64,000 nucleotides of DNA, from NCBI GenBank assembly GCA_951406725.2, contig OX597823.1, positions 3,100,001 to 3,164,000 of the forward strand, in the 5' to 3' direction. Positions 41,321 to 54,370 of this stretch are shown here, piece after piece; the stretch's first letter is position 1; every line of letters starts with the position of its first letter. Position numbers and translations under genes: made by a program. The DNA comes from Octopus vulgaris (taxonomy: Eukaryota). The notes beneath the pieces were generated by a model. It was not told the DNA's origin. It saw only the letters and a program-made list of their open reading frames with translations, and ran no database searches.

Positions 41321-42563
41321 GGCCAAGAATTTTGATGGTTTTATTTCAGCGATGTGCACGTAGATATCTCCGATGAGCAGAGACTCGGACTAACAATGCA
41401 AGATTCGAGGAGACCGTGCTTCGTGTGTTGTTACTTATACGCTTGATAGCTTTCCTTTAGGTTCAGTTTTGGGGCTGTTCATGTGAAGTAGAGAGATCTT
41501 CTGAAGCTTTTTGAAGTCATGAGAATTCGAATTGTGTTCTCCAAGGCAGGAAATATGGGCATCGAATATATTGAGACAGGATTACGAAAGGATGACTCAA
41601 ATGTGGTATCAGTTACGTGTACCTGGGTAACATTATCAAGTTTTCGGGCAGCGGGGTGAACGACGACTGCATGTCAGAAAATATCGTTCTAAACACTGTT
41701 AAATGCTTCGCTGATGACAAGGACATTGTTATGGTTACATGTAGTAGGTTCAGCGATCGCTTATTACCATTTTATCTCTAATGAAACTATTTTAGATCCT
41801 CTCCCCACCTGTCTTCACCTTACTGACGACATTATTCTGATTATTTCTGAGAGGTGGAACAACCTGAGGGACGTTCGTTGGATTACGGCCGATATTCTCT
41901 CAAATCAAACTCTTTTACACTTTGTGACTGATAAGAAGAATACAGTTCCGAAAAAACCCGTGTACTCTTCCAAGACGTGACAGCAGTCGTTCGACGTAAA
42001 CCCACAGCTCTGAAATTCTCGAACATTGCACAAGTGCGTGCGGAAGAGTTTCACTGTCCTCCTCACATCTTGGGCAGGTGAGTGAGCATGAGGCACCGTG
42101 TCTTGCAAGTTTATCATGAACTGGTAAAGTTCCTCGGTAACACTGCCAGGTTAGGGACCTCAGGAAAACTATTTTTGATATTCTAGAATGTCAGCCATTA
42201 AAACGTTGGGGTGTATACTCCTGAGTTATCTCCCCTCTACCGTTATTGAGACAACGATAAAATCTAATTTCATGGGAATGTTTGCTTTGCAATCACCAAG
42301 TCCCGGACTCACGCCAGCCTGTCCCGCATTTGAACCTGGAACCTCAGTTGGGAAGTAAGCTTTTTACTACACAGCTATGTAAATTCTCACACTCAGAAAA
42401 TATATTTATGACTTTCAAAAGTATAATTATACCCTCAGCTCTTTAGTTTAATTAGGTTTAATCTTCAATTCTAAGGAGTCTAAGTCAGATATTCTATCAA
42501 TCCAAGGGGCCTTTCCATTGTGCATTTTACCTTCTGCCCGAATTTTATTCCAATCATTATTAT

Positions 42564-43150
42564 TAAAGTGTCGAGCTGGCAGAATCGTTAGCGCGCTGGG
42601 CGAAATGCTTTGTGGTATTTCGCCCGTCGCTACGAGGGTGAGTCTGACTTTCATCTTTTCGGGGTCGAAAAAATAAGTACCAGTTGAACTGTGGGGTTGA
42701 TGTGATCGACTCATCCCCTCCCTCAAAATGGCTGCCCTTGGGGCAACATTTGAAACCATTATTATTAAAGTGTCGAGCTGGCAGAATCGTTAGCACCCTG
42801 GGCGAAATGCTTAGCGGTATTTCGTCTGCCGCTACGTTCTGATTTCGAAATCCGCCGAGGTCGACTTTGCCTTTCATCCTTTCGGGGTCGATAAATTAAG
42901 TACCAGTTACGCACTGGTGTCGATGTAATCGACTTAATACCTATGTCTGTCCTTGTTTGCCCCCTCTGTGTTTAGCCCCTTGTGGGTAGTAAAGAAATAG
43001 GTATTTCGTCTGCCGCTACGTTCTGATTTCGAAATCCGCCGAGGTCGACTTTGCCTTCTATCCTTCGGGGATCGATAAATTATGTACTGGTCAAACACTG
43101 GATCGATGTAATCGACTTTTCCCTTCCCCAAATTTCAGGCCTTGTGCTTA
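42564..43150 (+). mobile_element. Tandem SINE family B copies with an internal restart
   Basis: aaagtgtcgagctggcagaatcgttagc at about 42565 and 42767; a third partial copy from ggtatttcgtctgcc at about 43000. Confidence 0.85.
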
Positions 43151-44123
43151 TAGTCGAATGAACCAAATTCGATGTCTGGCACCCGTGCCAGTGGACCGCT
43201 AACTGCTCCATCCGAGCGGGATCACAGTCAGAGCAGCTCTCTGGCTTCCATACATCCAGAGGTATGTATGTATATAGATATAGGGCGAGCACAATGAGAA
43301 GTTTTTATTGCAGTTTTGACTTTGAAACAAAATATATTTTCCTTAAATGTTCGCTACCTTACAAAATCTATATCACCTAAGCAAATGACCTTCTCTGAAT
43401 GCACTGAAAACATTATAACCTTATCTGATCACTACTTCAGAAAATTATCGCCGTCCTCCTTGAGCACGTAAGACAAATTTGGCTGGGGCAAAATGAGTAA
43501 GATTAGATAAGGTAAATTTGCCGCTTCAGTCGTCAGAAAGCAGACTCATACACATCAATATCCATCAGAAATGCAATAAATATTTAGGTCAAATGAAAGA
43601 GGGTCAGGGGAAAATGGCACATGATATGAAATTAACGAAAGACGACTAAAATATTCTCTATAGCTTCTTAAACGATCTGCTGGAGTCTCTCTCTTTCTCA
43701 TATATTTAATCACCATGCAGTGAAAGAGGAGAAATTCTTGAACATTACTCATTTTACCCCATTTAAGACTTTTTTATTTTTGAATTTTTGAAATTATCAA
43801 ATTAGAATTTAGTGTGGGGGAAAAATTGATTTAGAGTCCAAAGAAAAGAATATTTAAATACCAAAAATTATCCAGATATTTTATTGACACTCAATAACAA
43901 CTGGGTCAAAGTGGAAGAATTTCTTGAAAAAAAAAGTGCCTGTCTCGTGACTTATGTTTCGAACTTTCACTTTCAACAACTATTCTGACCAATTTTTACT
44001 CCTAAACATAAAGTAGCCACACAAAACAATGATGCAATGCAATGATTTCAAACAGGCAGAGAGAAAATAACGAGAAATCAGCGATTACTCATTTTATCCC
44101 GGTTACTAATTCTGTAGCCCGCC

Positions 44124-44181
<58 letters not shown>

Positions 44182-46108
44182 TTGTGTGTGAGTGGACGTC
44201 AGGGATAGATTGCCCATATAAGCTGCAATTTCTTCTCCGTTTTGACGGGGATTTTTCAAACTTTTTTTTCACGTTGCCTTTGGAAATGATCTAGAGCATA
44301 GTTTTGACAAAAAATATTTCACAATGGTTTTTTGTAAACCCATCACCACCTTTCCCTCTCCGGGCCGATTTTTTGGGCATTTAAAAACTATAGAATCTTT
44401 TTCGGTGAAAAAAAAAGGGACGAAAATGTGAGTGATTTAAGGGAGATTTGGTTGTTGTTTCTAGCATATCCCATGACCGGTGTTTTAAGGTTGATAAAAA
44501 TCATAAATTTTCAAAAACATTTTCGAAAAGCATAAAACGAATTTTTGCAATTAATGGGAAGAATTGACAGGCATCAATGCTTGTCAATGTGAGAAAGATG
44601 GTCATAGGATATGCTAGAAACAACAGCCAAATCTCCCTTTAAATCACCTTTTCGTCTGAAAATATTTTTTACCGAAAACGTTCTTTTGACACATTCTACC
44701 AGTGTACGAAGTTTCAAATTGTTTGGTTAAGTAGGAAAAATCTGAAAAAACAGGCCTTGGAAATGAAAAGATCCCTCCCGGTCACCAAAAAGAAATTTTA
44801 AAAGTCTAATACGTGTTTAAAAAAATGTGTAGAAAACGAATATGAAAACCAAAATTTCGTAAAATTCACACGATCCAATTTTTCCCTCATAACTTTCAGG
44901 AAAATGGGCATCTTTTACATGAAAGTTTGTACAAATACTTTTTCAACGGCATAGATTATGATTATAAAGAAATTTGTGGGAGAGAATTTTTTTCCAAGGC
45001 GGGGAGATTCGGATCAAGAAGACCACAGAAGTTAGAATTTCTCCGTGTTGACGCGGATTTTTCCAATTGTTTTTCACAACAGCCTTCGGAGTGATGGAGA
45101 GCATCGTTTTATGAAAAAATACTTTGGAAAATACTATCATCCCCCCTTAGTGATGACATCAATGAACCACACGCGTGCTCCATTGGTGGGATAAAAGCAT
45201 CAACAAAAACAATTAACTTTTACCCCGACCCTCATTAAACGAGGCCGGGTGTAAGAACAGAAAAGTAGGCTATTTAAAATTATCTTATACATACCTATTT
45301 TTAAAAAATCACTGGATAAATGCCAGAAATGACCCCCAGGCTCTCCAATATTTTAAATTATAAACAGAAACAATCAGGGGCAGAGAGTAGGGTTGAAAAA
45401 CAATTGAAAAACATTAATATATGCGAGAGCGAGAAAGAAACGACGATGGTTGTCTTGGGATGTGCTAGAAATGACAGCCAAATCTCCCTTTAAATCACTT
45501 TTTCCTCTGAAAATATATACAATTTTTTACCGAAAAGGTTTCTCCCATAGTTTTTAAGTGCCAAAAATTGTCTAAAATTAGTCCGGAGTATTCCTGATCC
45601 GAAACTTTTCTCCCTATCCCTCGGAAAAAATTTTCCTTTCGTCTGCCTAAATTACAGCTGAAAAGCATCAATGCACGTGAGGGACAAAGAAACGAAGCAT
45701 GGGCTTAGTAACAGCCTAACCCTAACCCTTAAATCACTAAATATTTACTCGAAAAGCCTTTTCCCACCGTACCAAAAGAAAAGGGGGCCTAAATCGGTAG
45801 TGAACAAAATATTGGTAAAATCCGTTGAGTGCAACTGATGTGGGCGCGAAAAGGGGACAAAGGCTTACCCCAGGAGGGGCTGCGCAATTTGGACAAGCTG
45901 GGAGGTACAACGTTGTCCATGTCACTGCAACGCTTGTCTGCTCTCCATTGATGCCGTATCGGGCTACTACAACGATCCCTGCCCCTGAAATTCTTAGCAT
46001 CTAAGAAATAACTGTTGGAAAATAAAAATAGTGGCCACGATAAGATCCCTTCAGTAATCTAGATATAAAAAGGAGAAACGGACTGTTTCACCGTTTCCCA
46101 GTATGCTG

Positions 46109-46169
46109 TCGCAAATAAATCCGGCAAAAAGACTAGAAAATGAGGGGCCAAACGCCATCACCGAAAGCG
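46109..46169 (-). pseudogene. Decayed H2A 3'-end relic with a collapsed stem-loop
   Basis: tcgcaaataaa..aagacta.gaaaatgaggggcc..atcaccgaaagcg aligns with 46443-46533. Confidence 0.6.
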
Positions 46170-46535
46170 GCTCTGACAGACATGCATTTCAATGCCTAAC
46201 CCCATAAACACACTTTACACAATTAAAAATCTAGCTGTTCCCTTATTACCTCTCAAAGCTGTCGACGAACTGTCATCCGTATCTTTTCTTTATTTACATT
46301 TTTTTCTTACTTTTACTGTGAAAGAGGAGAAAGTTTAAGACACGAACGTGCATATGAAATGGATGCGGGAGTCTGTGGGGGAGAAAGAGACAGACTTCCA
46401 CTCGTTACGCCAAGAACATACGTTCACTCTCACATTAAAGAATCGCAAACAAAGTCGACAAGAAGACTATCTGTAGAAAATAAGGGGCCCTGAAAAGGGC
46501 CGTTGGATTAAGCCAAGCACAATCACCGAAAGCGC

Positions 46536-46913
46536 TTACTTGGAAGCCTTCTGGGTCTTCTTGGGGAGAAGAACAGCCTGGATGTTGGGAAGAACACCAC
46601 CCTGGGCGATGGTCACTCCAGACAAAAGCTTGTTCAATTCCTCGTCGTTACGGATGGCCAACTGTAAATGACGGGGAATAATTCTGGATTTCTTGTTGTC
46701 TCTGGCAGCATTTCCTGCCAATTCCAACACTTCGGCAGCCAAATATTCCATCACAGCAGCCAGGTAGACTGGGGCTCCGGCACCAACACGTTGGGCATAG
46801 TTTCCCTTACGCAGAAGACGGTGGATACGTCCGACAGGGAACTGAAGTCCAGCACGGGACGAACGGGTCTTGCTCTTTCCCTTCACTTTACCTCCTTTAC
46901 CACGACCAGACAT
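46536..46913 (-). CDS. H2A: Histone H2A
   Basis: Identical protein; stem-loop at 46486-46501. Confidence 0.99.
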   Translation of the reverse strand: MSGRGKGGKVKGKSKTRSSRAGLQFPVGRIHRLLRKGNYAQRVGAGAPVYLAAVMEYLAAEVLELAGNAARDNKKSRIIPRHLQLAIRNDEELNKLLSGVTIAQGGVLPNIQAVLLPKKTQKASK

Positions 46914-47181
46914 TTTCAGAGTTTGATACTAATCTGCAACGAAACGGAGAGAACAATGAAATAAATAGCGCTTTTCGCCTTTAAATACCGCCAAGGGGGC
47001 TCCAGCAGTCGGAGATTTACGCTAAGCAGGTGAACAATGAGCGGGCTTTTGTCACGTGGCACACTTGTCAAATTCTAACCAATGAAAATGAAGGGCGCGG
47101 ATTTAGAAAAAATGTTCCTCTGCTGAGCCTAGTTGACAACTATAAATAGAGTGGAGGTTCGGATGGTCGTTATGAGACATC

Positions 47182-47559
47182 ATGCCACCAGCACCAGCTA
47201 CCGCTTCGAAAGGAGCCAAGAAGGCTTCTAAGGCCAAAGCTTCACGTCCCCCCGGAGACAAGAAGCGCAAGAAGAAGAGGAAGGAAAGTTATTCCATCTA
47301 CATCTACAAAGTAATGAAACAAGTCCACCCCGACACTGGCATCTCCAGCAAAGCTATGTCCATCATGAACAGTTTTGTCAACGATTTGTTCGAAAGAATC
47401 GCTTCTGAAGCCAGCCGTTTGGCTCACTACAACAAACGTTCGACCATCAGTAGCCGTGAGGTGCAGACTGCTGTCCGTCTGCTTCTCCCTGGTGAGTTGG
47501 CCAAACACGCCGTCTCTGAAGGTACCAAGGCTGTCACCAAATACACCAGCAGCAAGTAG
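47182..47559 (+). CDS. H2B: Histone H2B
   Basis: Identical protein; stem-loop at 47594-47609. Confidence 0.99.
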   Translation: MPPAPATASKGAKKASKAKASRPPGDKKRKKKRKESYSIYIYKVMKQVHPDTGISSKAMSIMNSFVNDLFERIASEASRLAHYNKRSTISSREVQTAVRLLLPGELAKHAVSEGTKAVTKYTSSK

Positions 47560-48288
47560 ATAAATCTATTCTAGTCTTCGTCTATTCGACAACGGCCCTT
47601 TTCAGGGCCATCCATATTCTCTTGATTGTAACTTCTGGTTTTCTATTGATCTGCGATGTTTTCTTACATAAGGGTCGTGCACTTGCATAGCCACAAATAG
47701 CGAGGGGTTCACATAACGCAAACCAGACGAGTGTATAGTGGGTGTAGTCATAAAACTTGTCAGGCTTTTTTTTTTTTTTAATGGGGTTGGGTAGTGGAAG
47801 ACCTCGAATCAAGATGTTAATTGCCATTTAAGGGTACAGGCCGCTTTTTTCCATTCTCAAATGTATATAAATTGGGGGAAAATGAGTACTGATTGATTTC
47901 TATGGAGTTTCTCCCTTTTGGAGGCACTTTTTAAAAATCGATGGGAGAGGCCTTTTTGGTGAAGGGACCGAAATTAATTTTCACAGGAATATGGGTGCTT
48001 CAGCAGTTGTTTCTAGCACTTCCTGCAACCACTCCTGTTACTATCACATTGATGTTTTTCAACATCTATATGCTATTAGAAATAAAAATTGAAATTTTGA
48101 TTTTTTTTTTCTCACACCCTTTTGTTTCTGTTTATAATTTTAAAATATTGGGAAAAGCCGAGAAGATTAGTGATGGAATTTGCCGTCTGATTTAATTTCG
48201 ATAACATGGGTTTTCAGTCGGTAAATGTGTTTTCTTTGACACATAACGTTGCTTGGTTTAAAGTGTGTAGTACAAGTAAACTACTTTT

Positions 48289-48426
48289 GGTACTACTCGA
48301 GAACAGTGGTCCCGGTGCGCGCATCCGCGCTTGCTAGTCATGACTAGTCGATCCTTTGCTTTTGTGTGTTATTTACTTTGCTAGGTGTAGGATCGACTAG
48401 CGAGTGCGCGCTTCTCAGGTAGTACC
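48289..48426. mobile_element. MITE, GGTAC-TIR family (internally deleted)
   Basis: GGTACTACTCGAGAACAGTGGTCCCGG ... GTAGTACC; flanks ACTACTTT(T/A). Confidence 0.75.
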
Positions 48427-48711
48427 ACTACTTTAAAATATCCACCAATGTTTAAAACTTGGTCCCTGCTATTTTGGAAATGATACGAGGGCTTTATGAA
48501 AGAATGTAGTGAGGAGACCAGGTGAAAAAGAATAAGAAGAAAAGTAGAAAAACTGCCTGGAGCAATCGAACAAGATGTTTTGTGAAGAGCAAATATGTGT
48601 ATAGTCATCAATTATGTATAGCTATCTCTAGAAATGAAATTTATATATTTGTCTTTATTTTCAGTTTGGTTAATTTCCAAAATAACAGTATATTATCCAC
48701 CAAAACATTTT

Positions 48712-49000
48712 ATTCTTTTATCCGTTTCAGTCATTTGACTGGCCATGTTGGAGCACCGCATTTAGTCTAGCAAATAGACCCAGGACTTATTCTATCGGCA
48801 ACTTTTGCCGAACCACTATGTTACGGAGACGTAAACACACCAGCATCGGTTGTCAAGCAATGTGGATGGGAGAAGAGAGATATACGACGGTCTTCTTGCA
48901 ATTTCCGCCTACCAAATCCACCCAAAGTCTTGATCGGCCCGAAGCTATAGAAGACACTTCCCCAAGGTGCCACGCAGCGGGACTGAACCTCACACAGCCA
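48712..49000 (-). mobile_element. SINE family A, diverged
   Basis: Colinear with 9541-9952, with deletions. Confidence 0.75.
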
Positions 49001-49946
49001 CCCCCGCCTACTGGAATTTCTCATTTTTTTTTTCTTCGTCTGCTTGACAGATACTGCTAGCATTTCAAAATTTGTTATCGCAGTTTTGTGAGATTTGGTT
49101 GTTTTTTCTAACATGTTATTAGCCTGCTTGACGGTATGTATTTTTTTTTTTTTTCGTATTCTACGTATTTCGCTAAGACTAGAATTTCCGGGGAAAGTGA
49201 GGGGGGTAGGTGGGAGAAATTGAAATTTTGAAAAAAAGTTTTCAGAATCAGATCCTCCATAACCAATATTGTGGGATTCTGTAAAAATGTATCCATTTTA
49301 CCCGAAGTTATGACGGAAAATTCGGATCTTGTGAATTTTACCAAAGTCCCCTCCCCACCCCTAGGGTCGTCAGCGCGCATTTTTTTTCCTATCTGTTTTC
49401 CATTTACTTGTTAACATCCCGGGTGAAGGTCTTTATATTAGCCGGATTTTCTATTTTTGCGTGGGGTGCGTGACTTCATATTTATAGAATCCCCTTTATT
49501 AATCGGATCCCTGATCTTTCTGCTCCGGTTGCACAAAATCCGACAATTTATTCATTTGGCTTTCGGTCTGTATGTTTTTATTGATGAGAATCGGTATGTT
49601 ACCCGCAAGAAGTTTTGCTGAACGCTATTATGTGGGACGGTGTCCTAAATATACGAGGAACTCGCGCACAATTGGTTTCATCGTTGACTGGAACCTTTCA
49701 ACCTCAACTTAACGTAAACATTTGTAGTTATTTATTTACAAGGAAAAAGCATTTCGGATGAGGACGCCCACATAAGTTGGTTTTTACGGATTTTTCCTGT
49801 TCGAAATGATGGCATTTTTATGAACAAAATTTCCGGAAATTTCATTTTCACTCCATCCTTTCAATGGACTTTTTTTTTGGTAAATCTCTCAACTTCACAT
49901 GAACTGAACCTAAAGGAAAGCTATCTACCGTATAAATAACGACTGA

Positions 49947-50292
49947 AGTGGCTGTGTGGTAAGTAGCTTGCTTACCAACCACATGGTTCTGGGTTCAGTC
50001 ACACTGCGTGGTACCTTGGGCAAGTGTCTTCTACTATAGCCTCGGGCTGACCAAAGCCTTGTGAGTGGATTTGGTAGACGGAAACTGAAAGAAGCCTGTC
50101 GTATATATGTATGTGTTTGTCCCCCCAACATCGCTTGACAACCGATGCTGGTGTGTTTACGTCCCCGTAACTTAGTGGTTGGGCAAAAGAGACCGATAGA
50201 ATAAGTCCTGGGGTCGATTTGCTCGACTAAAGGCGGTGCTCCAGCATGGCCGCAGTCAAATGACTGAAACAAATAGAAGAGTAAAAGAGAGA
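49947..50292 (+). mobile_element. SINE family A, near full length
   Basis: agtggctgtgtggtaag...ggttcagtc...gactgaaacaaatagaagagtaaaagag. Confidence 0.88.
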
Positions 50293-52210
50293 GAGTAATC
50301 ATTAAAAACAGGTCATTAGTGTAGAAGAGGCAGGGCAAATGGGCAATATTACTGAGGGCAGAGTTGAACGAAGTTTATATGCGAGAAATGTTGACAGTTA
50401 AATGCTTTGCTGATATCAATGACAGCGCTTCAACGCAATAATGAAGATCTAATATTGAAGTAAACCCTAATCCATATTCGAACAGAAAAACCCCCACTAG
50501 ACTTGGAAAATTGCGCACAAAGATAAGGAAACCTGGGAACTCTTTCTGAATCTACATCATATTAGCGATAAACTCCAAGTTAAATATTACATTCAGAAGT
50601 GCGATGCGAAGAAATATTTTTAGTGTTGGCATAATCACGATTTTGTAAATGAGAGACGATTTTAGAAATAATGAGTAGTGTTTCTTCTGAATTAATCTCT
50701 TGGGAAGAAATGAAAATGGTAGAGCAACAGATTGCGAGACATCATCCGAAATGATTATAGTTGGTGATTGGAGGGATGATCTGTGTGTGGCCTCTCGGCC
50801 TGCTGAGAACAACCAAATCAACCACATTCTCCCGTCATGAAAAGGAAAGGATTGAATATAATAAAATATATCCTTAAATGGCCATGAAAAGACTGGGTGG
50901 ACAAAACACTTGACCATGTGTCTGCTCGATCCGCTTTGACTAGGACTAGCGGAAGATTCACAACCAACTGGAAGAAAGACATCATTACTGCAGTTTTTGT
51001 AATGGTTACAATCTGCTATAAAGCTTTTGCTATCTATTCCTTGTTTAAATCCACCAATATTTTAGAACAGAACAAGGCCTCAAATTAATACACCCCATTA
51101 AAACGTTGGGGTGTATACTCCTGAGTTATCTCCCCTCTACCGTTATTGAGACAACGATAAAATCTAATTTCATGGGAATGTTTGCTTTGCAATCACCAAG
51201 TCCCAGACTCACGCCAGCCTGTCCCGCATTTGAACCTGGAACCACAGTTGGGAAGTAAGCTTTTTACTACACAGCTGTGTAAATTCTCACACTCAGAAAA
51301 TATATATTATGACTTTCTAAATCGTATACATTATACTCTCAGCTCATTTAGTTTAATTAGCTTTAATTCTCAGTTTTCCATTTTATTTTAAACTTTGGAT
51401 TTTTAATTTAATCCTTGGATGCTGAAAATATTTCCGAGTTTCTCCGTGGAATTAACTAAGAGCAGCAGACATACGCAGGTACTTTGTCATTGGAGTAAGT
51501 GGAGCAAGAGCACACACGAAAGCGAAAAGTCGCTGAAGAGGTCACAAATGTGTGACGAAGGATTTCCGGACCATTGAGTTAAAATTAAAAAGAAGAAAAA
51601 AAAACATTGATAAACGAGTAAAGAACAAATATATAGTGCGTGTGTTTATTTGGCAAAATAAATAAATAAAAATGACCATCTTGAAATACAATAGAGAAGT
51701 ATAGATTGATTTGGTAAAATGTTTAATGCAACTGAGTGTAATGTTTCGAGGGTTGATATGGTAAATTGAAAGCAAATCTTCAAATATTCAAAATGAAATT
51801 ATTTAATAGATTTTAACTTATTAATCATCGGGTAACCTGCGCAAATCATGCCAAGACACACTGAGTAAGGGATTAAAACAAACAGGTGTTCACAAATTAG
51901 ATTACAAATACTCAGTTGAATTAACTCCAAGATGCATTTTTCATGAATAGATTACTTATGTTAGTGGAAAATATCACTTATATATATATATATATACACA
52001 CACACATACATACAAGATATGGGGGGGGTTAGTTCACAGGTTGATCTAAACGATTAATTACGCTAGGTAAGTGCTGTAACCGATCCCCATTCTCGGGGAT
52101 ATCACAAAAACAGCTGTAAGCCTTTGAATTTTTTTCCCCAATAATAATAGTGTATTTCACTTGTTTGCTTTGCCTTAATGTTTGTTTCCCTCTTTAACAA
52201 TTATAGACTC

Positions 52211-52985
52211 AGGGCTTGGACAAAATAATGAAAACATCACAATTTTGAAATACCTACAAAACCATCAAAAGCTTGTTTACTTTTAAGTTTTTTTTATTTA
52301 TTATTAGTGTTGCTTAATATGTTTTGCTAAAATTGCAGTTTCTTTTCAGATATCATCAGAAAAAGGCAATTATAATTCATTAAAATGACAAGATCTATTG
52401 AACTTTCAAAGAGGTCAAATTGTTGGTGCTCGTATGGCAAGCGCTAGCGTAATGAAAACAAGTGAAATGTTGCATCAAGAAGTACTGTCTTGAAAGTAAT
52501 GACAGCCTTTGAGAAAGAGGGAAAAACCTCCTTGTTGAAAGAAAACTCTGGAAGAGAGCCAAAACTTTCAGATATGGACTGTCGGGTTCTTATGCGAACT
52601 GTTAGAAAGGATCACAAAAGTACAGCTCCCAAAATTACTGCAAACTTAATGACCACCTTGAGAACCCAGTTTCCACAAAAACTGTTCGCCGGGAGCTGCA
52701 CAAAGCCAGATTTTGTAGGAGGGCTGCAATCAGAAAACCACTACTTTCAAAAAGAAACGTTGCAAAGCATTTAAAGTGGAGTAAAAACCTACAGAATTGG
52801 TCCCTAGAGCAGTGGAAGAATGTGATTTTCTTGGACGAGTCATCCTTTACCTTATTTCCGACCACCAGCCAAAAGAAGCATTTGACCCAGACTGCCTTCT
52901 TCCAAACTGTTAAACATGGAGGAGGATCTGCGATGATCTGGGGTGGGGGCTATATCTTGGAAATCCACCGGCCCAATGCTTTCCT
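52211..52985 (+). mobile_element. Tc1-like transposon remnant (frameshifted, truncated)
   Basis: CAG..TTGGACAAAATAAT terminus; translations FQRGQIVGAR, SGREPKLS, WKNVIFLDESSFTLF, TVKHGGGSAMIWG. Confidence 0.85.
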
Positions 52986-53414
52986 CTCCCTTCTTCCTTA
53001 GCTAACACACCCTCTCTCTTCATTTCCTTTTTTCTTCTTCTCTTTTTCCTCCCATTCTCTCTTCCTGGTTTTGATTTGACCCATCTCCTTTTTTCTAATC
53101 CTACACATCTCTCCTCCCTCTACCTATCCATTAACACTATCAACACATTTTAATTCACACAAAAAAACCCTCGATCGACCAACACTGTTTACAAGGCTCT
53201 ATGCTTGGAATGACCAAATATAACTACCATTGGAACTCACACACCAGACACAAGAAAATTTCTTCACCAAAACAATTTTTCCACCACTCTACTTCAATAA
53301 TGGAACTGCAAATACAATATCCTTTTGTATCTCACTTCTATTTTCATTCACTTATTTCCCTCTGCATTTCATATCTTCTCTACAATAATTAATACTCAAA
53401 CATTTTCTAGCACC

Positions 53415-53462
53415 GTCTCTGATGAAGGGATATATAAAACATCCCGGAAACAGCTGTAAGAT
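53415..53462 (+). ncRNA. Minimal type I hammerhead motif (class 3) with palindromic stem III
   Basis: GTCT-CTGATGA-A-GGGAT-loop-ATCCC-G-GAAA-CAGCTG-TA-AGAT; intact GUA triplet (predicted cleavage after 53458); ACAGCTGT is self-complementary. Confidence 0.75.
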
Positions 53463-54370
53463 ATTTTCTTGATAAACGTTATGAAATCAATTTACTGCCT
53501 TGGTTTTTTTTTTATCTCATTCTGTCAGTTTATATATATGCATGTTAATACACGACTCACGTTGGACTCCTCATTCGTATCATTATCGAGCGTGGAGCTT
53601 AACCATGGTGTCTATCCATAGCTCTTACTTAGCGACTACCCGATACATTTTGGGTCTTCCTGATACCAATACCTTTCATACCCTAAGATATGTATATATA
53701 AATTAGAAAAAAAAAACCCACCTTTTATCAATTCAATGATGACAAATTAAATTGTACCATTTAGAAAAATTACCTATTATAGAAAGATTAAATATAAGAT
53801 AAAATATATAACACAAAAAAAATAATAAAATGTCTATATTTAATATATTAAATATACACATTTTATTTAAGTTTTTGCACATTACTTAATCATTGTTATT
53901 AAATATATACATTTTATTTATTATTTTGCACATTACTTATGGTAAGACCTCACCTGGAATTTGCATCACCGGTCTGGAACCCCTATCTTGCCCAGGATAT
54001 CAATCGTCTGGAAGCCGTTCAGCGACGTGCAACCAAAAGAATACCCTCCATCAGGCATTTGCCATATTCTGAACGTCTTACTTCCCTGGGCATGGACACA
54101 TTGAAACTCCGATGTCTGGCAGCTGAATTGGCAGACACCCATAAAATTATCAACCATCTTACAAACAATAACTCTGAGCACCTTTTCAAACACCACCCGT
54201 GGACATATTTACAAAGTAAGAAAACAGCACAGCTCCTTCCATGACTTTCGGAAACATTTTTTCACACTGAGAGTTGCTGAAGCATGGAACAAACTGCCGG
54301 CATCAGTTGTTAGTTGTCGGAGCACTGCATCCTTCAAAACTTCCATGCTTTCTAAGATTCGCCAACACTA

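Noticed and set aside
45737-46000. GC-richer island with an 87-aa ORF (similar islands at about 24700 and 25170)
   Set aside because: No recognisable motif or structure; cannot be supported from sequence alone.
52080-52125. ggggatatcacaaaaacagctgtaag, similar to the class 3 hammerhead 3' half
   Set aside because: No CTGANGA and no GAAA; at best a dead relic.
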